NCBI RefSeq assembly: GCF_048593235.1
Contig: NC_133619.1
Span: forward strand, 605,904,558-605,968,557
Reading direction: 5' to 3'
Origin: Sminthopsis crassicaudata
Lineage: Eukaryota
DNA: 64,000 nt
Below, piece by piece: positions 37,310 through 51,461 of this stretch. Both the position numbers and the translations under genes were made by a program. The notes under the pieces are model-generated. The model saw nothing but the letters and a program-made list of their open reading frames with translations. It was not told the origin of the DNA and ran no database searches. The first letter of the stretch is position 1, and each line of letters begins with the position of its first letter.

Positions 37310-37530
37310 TGGACTTTAGCGTCCAAAGATCTGGATTCTAATCCAGACTCAGTCATTTCCTAGAGAAGGAAATAGCAAATTTACTAATGATCCTGGCAAG
37401 TCACTTAACTGCTTCAGTTTCCTCATCTGTAAAATGAGCTGGAAAAGGAAATGGCAAATCACTCTTGTCTCTTTTCCGAAAGAGGGGTCATAAACAGTGG
37501 GATGTGATTGAAAACTACTAAACAACTAAG
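37310..37530 (+). mobile_element. MAR1-type SINE
   Basis: ctggcaagtcacttaac...cagtttcctcatctgtaaaatgagctggaaaaggaaatggcaaatcactc. Confidence 0.75.
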
Positions 37531-40517
37531 ACTTTTGAAACACAACTCATCTGAGGCTTTACCTCAAGTTTTTCTGCTTATAGGCTCTATAGTTATTATT
37601 AGCCCCATTTTACAGAGGGGGAAACTGAGGCTCAGAAGTTGTGACTTGTAGCCAGTAAATATCAGGAGTAGAAGTTGAAGCCAGGTCTGTGTGATGCCCC
37701 AAGCCAGCAGTACCATGCTGTCTCTCTCCAAACAGTAACTGATGAGTTCTTTGCTCCAGTAGTTTTTCTTTTTGCTCCGTTGACCCCTGCATTCAAGGCT
37801 TTGGGCAGGCCACTTAACACCAGCATCGACTACATTGTTGGCGTTCCAGGCAGTTGAATCTCAACCATATGAGAGACATTCGCGTTAGAAGGATCAAAGT
37901 AGAGAGGGAGAGATTCAGAACAGATGTACCTGCTACTTGCTATCAACCAAAGGAAATGAGATAAAAAGAAATCCCCCGGGGGGCCTGGGCTGTTACTGGC
38001 AAGATTTTCATCCAGGGCTAGTGGAGGTAGAGGAGGAGTCTGACCTCAGCTGCAGCTTGGGGAGGTAGGAGGCTTCAGGGCTGCTGGACCTGGACGGAGG
38101 ACTGGCTTATGCTGGAGAGGGAGGGAGGCTGGAAGGCTGTGGCTGCTGGGGGCAAGGGCGAGGGGTGGGCTGCCACAAACCTTTGCCCCCCCTTAGATTT
38201 CTGTACCTCTGATAGGACAGCAGCTGAGGAAAGGAGGCATAGATATGGGAGCAGGGCCTGCTGTGCTGACACACCCTGGGATGCAGGGAAAGGCCAAAGG
38301 TAATGCTTGCCCTGGGTTCTGCCAGCCTACCTGGGCACACTAAGCCCATTACTATGCAAGTCCACTGGAGGGGGCATGCTGTGAATATAGGGAGTGGAAC
38401 TGGATTGATGGGAAAGGACTTTTAGAAGGCATTATTAGTACTCTCTAAATCTTCCACTCTGGGACAAAGCCCCAAATGTCTCACCCTGGTTATAGCTTTG
38501 TCTGAAATTTAGGCTAATCCTTTCCTTTGGGTTAGGAAGGAAGAATTCTCTCAGATCTGTCTTGAAAGCGTTTTCCAGGGTATAGTACCACACTCTGAGC
38601 AACAGACAACATGGGGCTGTGGCAACAACCCTCAGATTGGGGTTTAGGATCCTGGGTACACATCTTACTCCCCTTCTCTGAACCTCAGGTACATCCTTGT
38701 AAAACGGAGATAATGGCATTTAGATGGCTCGATCATCTCGGGGTTTTGGTGAGGGAATCTGTAAATGGAAACTTGACATTTGTCTCAGGGAAGTGAGGGG
38801 GAGAAAAAAGCTGCCTTGGCCAGAGTGGAATCCATTGCCACAGGACGAATTGGGGGCAGCCAAGGAAAATGTCTCTTTGGTGGGCAAGGGATTGTCTGGG
38901 AATTCCTTGGCAAGTGATCAGATTTTCTGCCGGCTTCTTCACTACTTATGGTCTATGTTCTTTGCCATGGAATGAGTGGAGGATAGGGAAATCAGGAGTT
39001 GGGGAAGCACTTCCTTATTTCCAAAGAGAGCTTCTCTCTTTCCCTTCCCAATTCAACATGCATTTATTAAGTGCCTACTGTTTATTGGTTTAAAGGATGA
39101 GGGGAGAAAGACAAAAATGGAGCAGTCCCTGCTCACTGGTATCTAATAGTCTATGGAGGAGGGGGAACCATAATGATAACACATTCTTATAGCATTTGAC
39201 AGCTACAAAGCATTTGTAGGATCCCATCAATCAACAAAAATTTATTAAGCACCATTTTAAGTGCTGAGGATACAAAACGACAGTCCCTTCCTTCAAAAGG
39301 CTACAATTCAATAGATCTAGGATCTAGGATCATAGGGCTAAAGGTGGAAGGGAACTCAGAGGCCATCTAGTTTAACTCTCCTGTTTTTAAATTTACAGAT
39401 GAAGAAACTGAGACAGAGGTAAAATGCCTTACCTAGGGCCATACAACCGGTAAATGTCAGAGACAGAATTTGGGCCAACTTCTCTGATTACAGTATTATT
39501 TTCACTGAACCCACTGCTTCCTCCACAATGCTTCTCCATCCACACTCTCAACAAAACTAGGAGCAGGTATAGGTACCCACCCACCCTTTTTACAGATGAG
39601 GAAACTGAGGCTGGAGAGTTTAAATGATTTTCCCATAAGTGACCCAGCTGATAGATGACAGAGCTGGGATGGGATTTCTTGGGGTTTCTCTTCCCCCTTG
39701 AATATCCAACAAGTCTAATGATTAAGTCACCTCTTCATATCTGGTCAGAAATTCCCTGTATTCTGGGTTAAATAACAAAGCTGGTAGTATGGATCTTGGT
39801 CCTTTACAATTTAAAAATAAATATTACCTGGGATGGAAGGGACTGGATTAGGGATCTGTTCTGGCCTTTTCCCATAAAAGGCAGAATTTTGTTTATTAGA
39901 TGAGTTCATTGTCTTCTTGAAAGACACAGGGACCCTGGACCTGAAATATACCAGATGTTCAATAGTTTCAGGAGTATGGAGAAGAGGAGTGTTTAAAAGG
40001 GAGGTCCCAAAGGGACCAGGACTTGTAGTGTTGCCCAGTAGGATGATATATCCTCAAGATATCTTAAGGGATCATCACGAGGAGGTAGGAAAGCTCTGCA
40101 TACAGCAGGCATTTAATAAACATTGTTTCAGTATTGAACTGGTCAGCATTGGGCAGTCCCATTCCATTGCTATGTAGTCAGCTCCAGAACTCTGGAAATG
40201 GGAGCATTTGACCTCTAGGCTCCTTTTGGTGCTGGGAGCTAGGGGACAGAAGCTGAGGCATCCCATACAGGCTATCTGACCTACCTGGCAGCTTGAGTAG
40301 GTGGGAAGAGACCTGAATTGGAAGCCAAAGTAGCTGGCTCTGAATCCTGGCTCAAGTTTTTGCTTCTTGAGTAATCTTGGGCACCCCGATAGCCATCTCT
40401 GGGCCCTCGTTTCATTCTCTGCAAAATGAGGGCGTTAGTTTGGAGGATCTCTGAATCCCATTCCACTTTTGTTCTAAATCTTAAAATCCCAGGGCAACTT
40501 TGCTGGGGGTTGGCCAA

Positions 40518-40812
40518 TTTTTTTTTTTTTTAAATAGGACTCCCTATCTCCCCGAGGCTAGAAGTACAACCACTCATGGATACTTTCCCACTGCTTTTTG
40601 GCATGGGAGCTTTGACCTGTTCCATTTCTGACCTGGGTCAGTTTGTCCTTTTTTTAGGGGACCTGGAGGTCCCCCTTCAGGGGCTCACCATATTGGTACC
40701 AGACTTTGTGATGCTATCTGATTGGTTGTAGCCTTATTGAAGTTTATACCTTCTGACCCTCAGCCTTCCTTGTAGCAAAGATTTTAGATGTGTACCAACA
40801 TGCCCAGCTCCA
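40518..40812 (-). pseudogene. 7SL (SRP RNA)-derived retrocopy with poly(A) tail
   Basis: Minus strand: caatatggtgagcccctgaagggggacctccagg...gacccaggtcagaaatggaacaggtcaaagctccc, matching the 7SL S domain. T-run at about 40518-40532 is the tail. Confidence 0.88.
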
Positions 40813-42461
40813 GCTCAACTTTTTAGGGCTTTATGAAAGGAAGGAAAGAAAGAAGGAAGGAAGGATGAAAAGCATTAAGTCTCCACTATATGCTAATCAC
40901 TTTACAGATATAAGTGTTCACTATTGTTAGCTCTCACATTTCTATCCTCACAACCTTGGTAAGTAGGTACTATTACTTATTTCACATTTGAGGAAACTGA
41001 GGCAGACAAGTGATTTGTCCAGGGTCACACAGCTAATAAGTGTCTGAGACCATATTTGAATTCAAGTTTTCTTGACTCCAGATGCAGCACTCTATCCATC
41101 GAGCTACCTAGCTGCCTCAGGGAGAGAAATCATGGTGGAAAGAGGGTTGATCTTGGTAGGATTTTAGGAATAAGGAATACCTAGGTTCAATTTCTGTTAG
41201 AAGGTCATTGATCCTCTCAGAGCCTTGCCCAATTGCCAGACATGCTGGACCACCACCTTTTCCCTACCCAAAGGAAAAAAATAGGGTAGCCAACAAGGAT
41301 TACTGTATATTCTTTGAGAGCAGGAATCGTCTTTTTGTCTTTGTATCCCTTGTACTCAGCACAGTGCCCGACACATTGTAGACACTTAATAAAGTCTAGT
41401 TGACTTGACCTGATTTAGTGTTGAGATAAGTATCAGGTAGACCTGCATACAAATCTGTATGACCAAAATTTACAATGTTTCTGTGTCTCCAGGATTTATG
41501 TACTGAGAAAAAATAGGTAGAAATCTCCAGGATGGAAGGAATTCCTGCACCCTGGATATATTACTTCATAGACAGACCTTGAGTCAAACGGTTCAATATG
41601 TGACTTAGATGGCGTAACATGTTTCCCGCTCTGAAATGAGGGGCAAGTGGACTAGATGAACATATGGTATATCCCCAGAGTTTAGCATTTTATGACAGTG
41701 GGAGTTGGGAGGGAACAAATATTTATTAAAAGCTTACTGTGTGCCATATACTGTGTTAAATACTTAGCAAATATTTTCTCATTTGTTCTCCTTTTTGAGC
41801 CTCCCCCTTGTGACTCTTGGACTTAAAGGTGCTCACCAGGTTGGCAAGGCCCTTCCTGCTTGTCACCGTAGTTGAAATGGACCTGGAGGATGCTTGATTT
41901 GGGGAATTGCTGCCAGGGCTGGCGGATGGCAGGTCCGGGGTCCGGGGGGCCCTGTGAACTGGTTGGAATGCCCTGGCCTGCACTATTGTGCAGAATAGCT
42001 TCCTCCAAAGGCCTTGTCAGGTTGTTAAGCTCGGAGGGCTGGGTGTGGTGGTGGTTTGGGGGTGGGGAGAACAGCTGGATAAATCTGGACAGCGTCAGGT
42101 TGGATCAGAAGTGTTTAGTGAGTGGATGTCAGAAAATTGCATTTGAAAGATACAAGCTGCAAATAATCCATAATGATCAGGGCTGGGCCCGGCTGGCAGC
42201 TCTCAGGGTTTGGTGCAATGTCTCAAGTGATTTTTCAAAAGCCTTGGGTTTGGCCAAACCTGAGATGTCTTTTGCCAAAGGCTCACTTTCCCATAATTTT
42301 TAAAGTCAAGTGTATTTCGAGGGCAGCCTTGCCTGCCTGTTTCTGATTCATTTACTCTCGACACATCACAGGGATGTCTGGGGAGAGCTGTTTATAAGAG
42401 CAGATCTTAGGTATGTAGGGGCTGGGGCAGGCACAATTTGGCTCATCCCCATAAATGTGCG

Positions 42462-42516
<55 letters not shown>
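42462..42516 (+). repeat. (CA)n microsatellite
   Basis: Near-pure CA run. Confidence 0.97.
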
Positions 42517-42518
<2 letters not shown>

Positions 42519-44929
42519 CTCACACAGATGATCAAATCCCTGGAGAAAAAAAAATTACCAAGGATCCACCAGAAGACTGGGACCTGAGACACTGCCTCAG
42601 GGACCCCATTACAAAGTGACTGATGCTCACTGCCGGCCTCATGGACCAATGTGTCACATCACTGTCCACACCCTTCAGAATTTGGAGCAGTCCAAGGCCT
42701 TCATTTTTCTTGGGGCATTGATCTAAATCAAAGGATCTTGAATGGAAAGGACCTGGGCTCAAATCTCACCTCTGGTACCCACTACCTGTGTCACCATACA
42801 AAAGTCAATTTGCCTTCTTAGTCCTCAGCTTCTTCACCTGTGAAATGGTAAGCTTGGGTGTCCCTTTCATTTTATATCTATGCACCTATGATCCTGTTTT
42901 TCCATTCACACAACTCCTCCTCTTCCATTTGACAGATGGGGAAACTGAGGCTCAGAGTAACAGAACCAAGATAGAACAAAAGTCCTTGACTCCAAATTCA
43001 GTGATCTTTATGCTAACGCATGAAGAATGAAGCCAAGAAATCCCTGGGATCTGGAGTGTCACCTCTGAAAAACGTTTGTGTGGAAGGACAAAAGCAAACT
43101 GTCATGGTGGGGCTGGACTTGGAAGCTGGGCAGAAATTCTATTACTAGCCGTGTGACTCTGGGCAACTACCATAACCACCAGCTGCCTCAGGTTCCTCAT
43201 CTGTAAAATGGGGATAATAACAGCCTCTACTCCCAGGATTGTTCTGAGGATCAACTGTAAAGTGCAAAGCACAGTGCCTGGCACATGGGAGGTACCCTAT
43301 AAATGTCACGATGATGGCAATGGAGATGGGGGCGGCACTGGTGGCATTTGTAGGAATTTGCCAGAGCTGGTGGCAGATGACAGGCCATCAGCTCTCCCTC
43401 TGCGGCCTGGAGGGGTCCTTGGAATTGATCTGATCAGGCAGGCTCTCTGCGTAACAGCCTGAGAGGCTTGGGGCCGGATAGACAAAGGCAGGAATGCTAA
43501 ACGCTCCCAGTCTGGCCCCTTGCTGCCTCATGTTTTAGAAACCGGCAGCAGCGTGCTCTGAGTCAATTCCTCTGGGGCCCTGGTGACAAACCACTCTGGC
43601 CACATTTTCTGGGTTTGAAGTGTCACCAGAGCTTTTTGACGGAATTATAGCTTGCTACTCTATGGCCCCTGTCTCTGTCTCCATGTATCCAGCCTGGGAA
43701 AGATTTGAAGAAACTGGACTCGGCACTCGGGTATCCTTTGTCTGTGTGGAGGCTGCCATTGGGCCGGATGGTGCTGCTGCAGTGGTTGGCCCGGCTGGGT
43801 CCAATAGTCAGGGGAGATGTGAGGGTGGGTCGCCATCATGGGTGTTTCCTTAGTTCTGTCTCTCCCCAGAGCTCCAGATGTGTGACTTAATTAAAGGGCA
43901 TTCACAGTCTGCCAAGAGGTACCAAATCTTTCCTTCTGCTGTGCCAGTGGAGTGCTCATCGGCTGCACTTTTAGTCTCGACTCCCTTATCCCCCTCCCTG
44001 TCAACAAAAGACAAGAATAAAGACTATAAAAGCACCGGATCTGAAAACTTTCGAGATTCCCTTCCAATTTAAGCCCTCATCAAGTCCCTAGCTACCACTG
44101 TAATTAAGCATGATGGGGGAGAAGAAATTAGTCTAACTCCTTTGGGTGGAAGTTGAAGGGAATCATAGCTTAAAGAACTTTAAAGAAAGGATTCCAGAAT
44201 AGTTGTAGAATCCCGAGTCCAGAAGTGAAAGGTACCATAGTGACTATTGGAACCAACCTCCTCATTTTCTAGTCAGGGAAACTGAGTCCCAGAGAAGTGA
44301 AATGACATTCACGTGGGTCCAAATTTGAACAGTCCTTGGATGGCAAATTGAGGGCAAAGCATTTCTCTCACTAGAGCTCTGTGGGATGGCCTGAATAAAT
44401 AGCATTTTCCCCAATTTGCAGAGGAGGAAAACAGACCAAGATATTAAATGATTTTCTCATGGTCTCACAGCGATGATCAAGATTTACACCCAGAGAGCCT
44501 GACTTGAAATAAAAGGTTCGAGAAGAGTTATCAATCTCTAAAGTTATAAGCATTTATTATTACTATATGTTGGTCACTGTACTAAGTGCTTTTAAAATAT
44601 TATCTCATTTGATCATTACAACATCTATGCGCTCAAGGCTTTTGTTATTTCCATTTACAATTGAAGCAGACAGAGAAAAAAAATGACCTGCTTAGGGTCA
44701 TATAGTAAGAGTCTGAATTCTGGTCTTCCTGACTCCAGATCCAATGCTCTGTTCACAGGACCACTTAGTTGACTGTAAAGAAATTATCTATTAGAAATTA
44801 TAAACATTTGGGATACACATTTGAGAGTCAACTGGTGAGAGAGCAGGTCTTCTGATCTTGTCATTGTCATTTTCTTTTTCCATATATGTAAACTGAGGGA
44901 GCCGGACTACAAAGTCTTTGAGGCCCCTT

Positions 44930-45370
44930 CCAGTCCCAATATTAAATGTTCTAGGAGTCCTCTCAGTTCTGAAAATTATGTGTCCCAGCATTCTGCTTCA
45001 CCCAGACTTTCTCCATTCTAACATATTCTCTTCTTTGGTACTTTTCCCTTGCTCCAGCTTTGACATTCTAGATTCCAAAGCTCCTTTTATCCCATGTATT
45101 TTATGTTCTAAGGTTCCATTCCCTGTTCTAAAGCCTCTCCCATCTTTGACATTCTGTTAAATAAGGTCCCTTCCAACTCTCACAGTCTGCTTTTTAAGGT
45201 TTCCCATTTATGTGTTTTGGTACTGTCTAGCACTGGCTCCTGAGTCCAGAGGTGGAAGGTACCATGACGACTATTGGAACTAAGTTCCCTATTTCCCAGG
45301 GATTCATCCCGATCAGACAATCTGTTTTTGAAAATTCTGTATTCCAAGGTCCTTTTTCAACCCTACTATT
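44930..45370 (+). repeat. Degenerate tandem copies of a ~30-33 bp SINE-tail unit
   Basis: Recurrent ttcta..gg..cc.ttcc...ct.tgacattct motif following a MIR-like tail. Confidence 0.6.
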
Positions 45371-48300
45371 CTGAGTCCATAACTCCATCTTTGTGCTTTG
45401 TGCTGCCTTCTCTCGTCTCACTCCCTACAAACCCGCTCTGTTCCTCTTCAGTCTCTTGAGAGAGATTGCTTTCTGTTGCTGCCACCAGAACTACTAACTT
45501 CCCCATTCTTTCCTTTTTGCCCCCATCCAAGATGAGCCTATGTGCTTTGGAACACAACAGACTATTGTTCTGTAGACAATAAAAAAAATTGAGAAATGTC
45601 CCGGCTGTCACTCCCTGCACCCCCAAGTTGGGATTCGATGTGTGTGGTTGGAGCCTGGCTGGTTGGATTCTTTTTGCTAAGGTAAAAAAAATAAATGAAA
45701 AAAAAAGCATCATGACTAGGTGGGGGGAGTTAAGCCTCCAAAACACATATGAAAAGATGCACCTTCCCATTTAATCTCCAGTGACAGATTTAAAGCCTCA
45801 TTACTGGGCCATCAGGACTCCGTAAGGGCCTCTCAAACACTGACTGCTTCATCACTGCTGCCATTAACTCAGAGTAAATGACCCGCTATGGGCCTGAGAC
45901 ATGTCCCAGGGTGGGAGTGAGCATGGTTTATAGATGCTAAGCACTCGGTCCCCACTGGGTAACCTGATCCTTGTCTTCCCCTAAACAGAGGGAAAGGGAC
46001 TCACTCTCAGGCTCGTAAATCCTGTAGGATTTCCCTGCTTGCTTATTTGATGACCTTTTCTGAGGGATGGGGTGAGGATTTATGGACAGAGTGATTGGGA
46101 ACAGTCACTAGCTGGGGGTAGTGTCTCACAGGCTTGTTGGTTTGCTCACTGTGGGCTTAGGGGAATTTTCAACATACTAGGACCTAGTGCAAATAATTAA
46201 ATAAACAAACAAATGAATGAATGAATGAATAAATAATGGATTTAAAAAGCCCAATTTGGTTATCCAAAAATAATGGATATTATTGTTTTGAATAGATTAC
46301 ATTATTTTGAATAAAGAAATGATAGGCTAACTATTGAATGTCAAATAACGTGCGTTTCAAGACTGTAGCTAATCTCGTCTCTTCCCTGGAATGCCATTAA
46401 TTCTTGCGGTATTAACATTTTTAGTCATATATTTCTTTTTTTTTTTTAAAGCCATATATTTCTTATGAGATATTTAGGTATACAAAGGGCTTTCTTCACA
46501 ACAGCTCCATTTCACAGGTAAAATAAGTTTACAGGATTTTAAGTGGAAGGATCTCTTGGGATCACCCAATTAAAACCTCCTCAGTCCACCCCCCTTAAAG
46601 AGGCTGCACAATACAGTGGTTTGTAATGTTTTCCCTAGATTCAGGATGACTTGGATTCAGATTTTGATTCAGATACTTACTAGTTGTGTGATTGTGGCCA
46701 TCTAATTTTTCTGAGCTCCCATGTGTAAAATGAAAGGAGTGGGCTCAGTGAGCACAAGGATTCTTTCCTGCTTTAAAACTATGATCTTGTGAGTAGATGG
46801 GAAACTGAGACCAGAGAAATTCATAGATTTTGAGCTAGAAGGGATCTTTGAGGTCATGTAGTCCAATCACCTCATTTTATAACTGAAGAAATAATGGCCC
46901 CCAAAAGGTGGCACAAGGTCATACAGCCACTTAGTGGCAGGTATGATTAACCTATGATCCTTTGACGTCAAATTTAGTCTAAGCGGCTTGCCCAAATCAC
47001 TTGACCCAGGCCATATATGTGACAAACAGCAGAGCCAGAGTGGAAAGCCGACTTTCCTGACTTCTTATGATCTGCCCCTTAGGATGAATGGCAACTCAAA
47101 TTCTGGGCAGCTGGTTGTAAGCAATAGATACGTAGTAAACACATAGTAAACACAGCAAACAGGAATTGGGCCAGCAGAAGTCAATGTGTTTTAGCCACAT
47201 ATTTTCATATATTTCAGTGTTACCTTTCCACATGTGTCATAGCTATTTGTGTTTGCCTTTTGTACTGACAATGAGTATTTGATGGGAGAGTATAACCCAG
47301 GTGTTTTGGGACATGAAGGAATGGTATATAGCTACTTTTTCCTATAATACTATTCCATTAAATGCCTTTGCTTTGAATTAATTATATCACCTGGCCAACA
47401 AATAGCCATAAATCTATTGATTGGAGCTTGTGAACTTTGGTTTTTGTTTGTTTGTTTGTTTGTTTTTAACACATTTGGAGTGCCAGTATAGAAATTGGCA
47501 ATTATTTTTCTCCAGAGGCTGGGTTAGTGGGAGAACAAGGATCTGATATGGAAGTGATCATTTTCATTGCCATATCAATGTTTTATAGATATTGCTGGTT
47601 TATGATTGGTCTCATAGAACTTTTTGTGGATTTTAAAGGGAGTTTTGACTTTGGAGTAGACTTTGAATTTCAAAAATTTGTGAGTTAATGACTTTCTGCC
47701 TTAGGAGCAGGCAACCAGGCCATACCTTCATATTAAGTGTGTTTTTCATCTGTGCCCATAAGGATATATTCTCCTCTCCCCCTGGCTATTCCATGAACAA
47801 AACCCTCCATCTCTTGACTGAGCATTTCCTTTGTCTGTTTTCTCATCTCCGTGGTTTCCTTTATGTCTGATTTTCTATTGAAAGCATTTCCAAACTCCTT
47901 TTAAATCTAGTACCTTTTATCTCTTAATTATTTCAATTTATCCAGTATCTAGTTTATCTGTATGCATTTGCTCGCTGTCTCCTCCATTAGATTGTATGTT
48001 CCTTGAGGACAAGAATTGTCTTTTACTGCTTTTACTCCAAGACCTGGCACATAGTATAATGTATATAACTTAATAAATGTATAACGATTTATTACAGGCT
48101 GTACCTGATATACTAGAAGCCTTCCTCTAAGTCTTTAAAAATCCCTTAGATAACTTTTGATCACTCAAACCATTAAACTTTAGACTCTGTACCATGATCA
48201 ACCTATTTCTGGTTTAGAAATGAATCAGGTTACTTCTTTCTCTGAAGATCTTCCTGATAGAATGATGATATAGTGTCAAAAGAATACTGATTTTAGAGCT

Positions 48301-48449
48301 GGCAAATACATTTTAATTTTAACTGTTACTGTGTGCCCTCAGGAAAGTAATTTTGCCCTCCTGGTTCTCAGCTGCCTCATCAGTAAAGTGAGGAATTGTG
48401 GTAGTTAACAATGAATAGCCATTGGCTTCTAAGCTTTGTCCTTCACTAT

Positions 48450-48620
48450 TCTAAGATCCCTCCCATCTCTGATAGTATATGTTCTAGAGCTCTTTCTGAC
48501 TGAACATTCTGTGTTCTAAACCTTTCATAATTCTGACATTCTGTGGATCTAAGTGCCTTTCAGTTCCAACATTCTGTATTCTAAATACTTTCCCAGCTCT
48601 GACATTCTGTGTTCTCATAA
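48450..48620 (+). repeat. Degenerate tandem SINE-tail units (about 5)
   Basis: Repeated acattctgt(g/a)ttcta following a MIR-like body. Confidence 0.7.
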
Positions 48621-48899
48621 TGTCTGTTTTAATTCAAATAGAATTTGTTCTAATGTCTCTTATAGCTTTCAGGCCTTTGGTTCCATCTAGGGAGGGGGAC
48701 AGTGAGAGGACTGATTGGACTGACAGATGATGGGCCTTCACTGCCCAAGGCTGATGTGTCAATCTTGCCTTTGAGACATTCTTGCCCTGATAACCCAAAG
48801 CTCTGATTTTTGCCCCATCCCCTCCTCCATGCCATTTTACAATCTCATCCCTAGATCCTGGGTCTGTCTCTCTATCTGTCTGTTTCTCTCTTTCCCCAC

Positions 48900-48900
<1 letters not shown>

Positions 48901-48951
<51 letters not shown>

Positions 48952-48972
48952 ACACACACATACACACACACA
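48901..48972 (+). repeat. (CA)n microsatellite, interrupted
   Basis: CA run with TA interruptions. Confidence 0.97.
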
Positions 48973-49788
48973 CTGCACCTACAAGCACATATCCATATAT
49001 ATACATTAGGGATGCCTATTTGGGGTTTTTCCCCTTTCCACATCCAGAAGTGACCCTAGATTGGACTTGCTCTCCAGACATACTCCCTGCCTACCTCTCG
49101 CACAGATTGTTAGAGTAAACAAAGAATAATAGAGTGTTATTTCCAAGTGTAATCCAGTTGGGCCCATAGATCAGTCCCCCTTTCTCCTTTATCCCTTCTC
49201 ATTTCCGTTTAGTGTACTTTGAGGGGAGAAACAACAATTGTGTCAGGGCCTCTTGTCAAGATAAAAATCATACTATTCATACAATGCTTCTGCCCCAGCC
49301 CTAAATAGCTGGGTGGATGTGCCAATTAGACAAACTGTGAAAGCCATGGGTCACTGCTCTGGGCTGAGTGTTTGCAGAGTCTGTTGGACTGGAGGGGAGG
49401 GGAGACTAGCAGAGGACAAGAAGTCGGACGTGTCACTGGGAGCCCCGGCAGGTGCTGAGCCCCAGTCTGCCAGGGCGGGTTGTGCCAGTGAAAATTGGTC
49501 AACTCCTGGTACGTCACCAGCTGAAATGGAAGGTCTATAAATGGTGAGACAGAATAGCCTATTGGAAAGAGTGTGGGATGGGGAAGGGGGAGACCTGCAT
49601 TCTAGGCCCCTGTGTTTCTGACTCACTGTGTGACCTGCAACCAGGCACTTCCTCTATGTGGGTCTTGGTCTTCTTATTAATAAAGGGAGAGCTTTGAAGG
49701 AGGGTTTCTTTAATGTTCCTTCTGGATTTGGTAGCCTTTGTCTAACACTTCTGTTATCTCTGACATTCTGTATTCTAAACTTCACTTA

Positions 49789-50105
49789 CTCTGATATCCT
49801 GGGTTCTAAGGGCCCTCCCAGCTCTGACCTCCTGGGTTCTAAGGGCCCTCCCAGCCTGACCTCCTGGGTTCTAAAGGCCCTTCCCAGCTCTGACCTCCTG
49901 GGTTCTAAGGGTCCTCCCAGCTCTGACCTCCTGGGTTCTAAGGGCCCTCCCAGCCTGACCTCCTGGGTTCTAAGGGCCCTCCCAGCTCTGACCTCCTGGG
50001 TTCTAAGGGCCCTCCCAGCTCTGACCTCCTGGGTTCTAAGGGCCCTCCCAGCTCTGACATCCTGGGTTCTAAGGGTTCTCCCACCTCTAACATTCTGTGT
50101 TCTAA
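49789..50105 (+). repeat. 33-bp minisatellite, about 9-10 units
   Basis: Unit ccagctctgacctcctgggttctaagggccctc, with degenerate ancestral-type units at both edges. Confidence 0.97.
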
Positions 50106-51272
50106 CAATCCTTTCTGCTTCCAGGACATTCAGTGACTCCCTGATTTAGTTTCTCTACCAATGGTAGTTATTACATCATTCCTTGCTGGTCCTCTTTGAA
50201 AATGAAGGACATACAAAATGTCCTGAGTTCTAAATTAATTAGCTGAAGATACATTGCTCAAAGACTACCATGTTTATTCTTGCTGCTAATTATTCCTACC
50301 TAAAGACTTGGAGTCCTTGCTTTTTCTCCCACTTGACACTGTACAGAAATAAGAAGAAGCCAGTAACCTTGTGTGCTTGGCTATTGACCCTGTCAACCCT
50401 CCCTCCATTTCTGATAATGAATTGCCAGGGAAGGGGGAAATGCATTGCAACTGATGAGCGTTTGTGGAAATGCAGAAATGGCAGTGGGCCCTGGCAAGCC
50501 GACTCTATCTCTGTTCCCTTTTAACTCCTCTTTGTTTGCCTGCCAGATTCTGACGCAGGTTGGCTGAGTGATTAAAAATATCAAACAGCCTTTCATTGCA
50601 AGTGTTTCACAAACTCCTCCAGTCTGAACAACAAAGAAAAGCCCACTTGGTAAACTGAATCAATCTGGAGGAAGAGAAGGACTTGAGAAAGTTAAGTCAC
50701 CACTTGAGCACAATTCTAGGCACCTTGAGGCACAAGAATATCTAAAAACATTGACTGGTATCTGAGGTAGTAGAAATCAAACTTGGCTTCTATAATTGTC
50801 CTATTTCTAGCATGGACTGTAGGACAAAGCTCCTCATCCCTGGGGATCATTTTTTTAATCTCTTAAACAAGGCCTCTTCTGGCTCTCAGATAATAATACA
50901 AATATTCATGTAGCACTTTAAATTTCATTTTGCAAAGTGCTTTACACATGTCTCATTTGATCTTCACAGCACCCTTAAGAGGTAGGTGTTATTATCTTCA
51001 TTTTACAAATTAGGAAACTGAGCCTGAGAAAGGTCAAGTGACTGCCCGGGACCACACAACCAAGAAGTGCTGAGGAACAAGGAAAAGTCAGGTCTTCCTT
51101 GACTCTAGGACTATTCCTTTATTTATGCCATCTAGTTACTTCAGAGAGCCTTCCCTCTGACCTCCAGGTCTCTGTCACTTTTTGGATTCTAATGGTTACC
51201 CATCCTTTCCTTCCTGGTCATCACTGGCTACTGATCTTTTGGTGACTTAGACTATGTCCTATGAAACACATA

Positions 51273-51461
51273 NNNNNNNNNNNNNNNNNNNNNNNNNNNN
51301 NNNNNNNNNNNNNNNNNNNNNNNNNNNNNNNNNNNNNNNNNNNNNNNNNNNNNNNNNNNNNNNNNNNNNNNNNNNNNNNNNNNNNNNNNNNNNNNNNNNN
51401 NNNNNNNNNNNNNNNNNNNNNNNNNNNNNNNNNNNNNNNNNNNNNNNNNNNNNNNNNNNNN
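51273..51461. other. Assembly gap (N run)
   Basis: 189 Ns. Confidence 1.

Noticed and set aside
47190-47700. Unassigned AT-rich island as a possible coding fossil
   Set aside because: No recognisable motif in the frames I translated; cannot be supported without a search.
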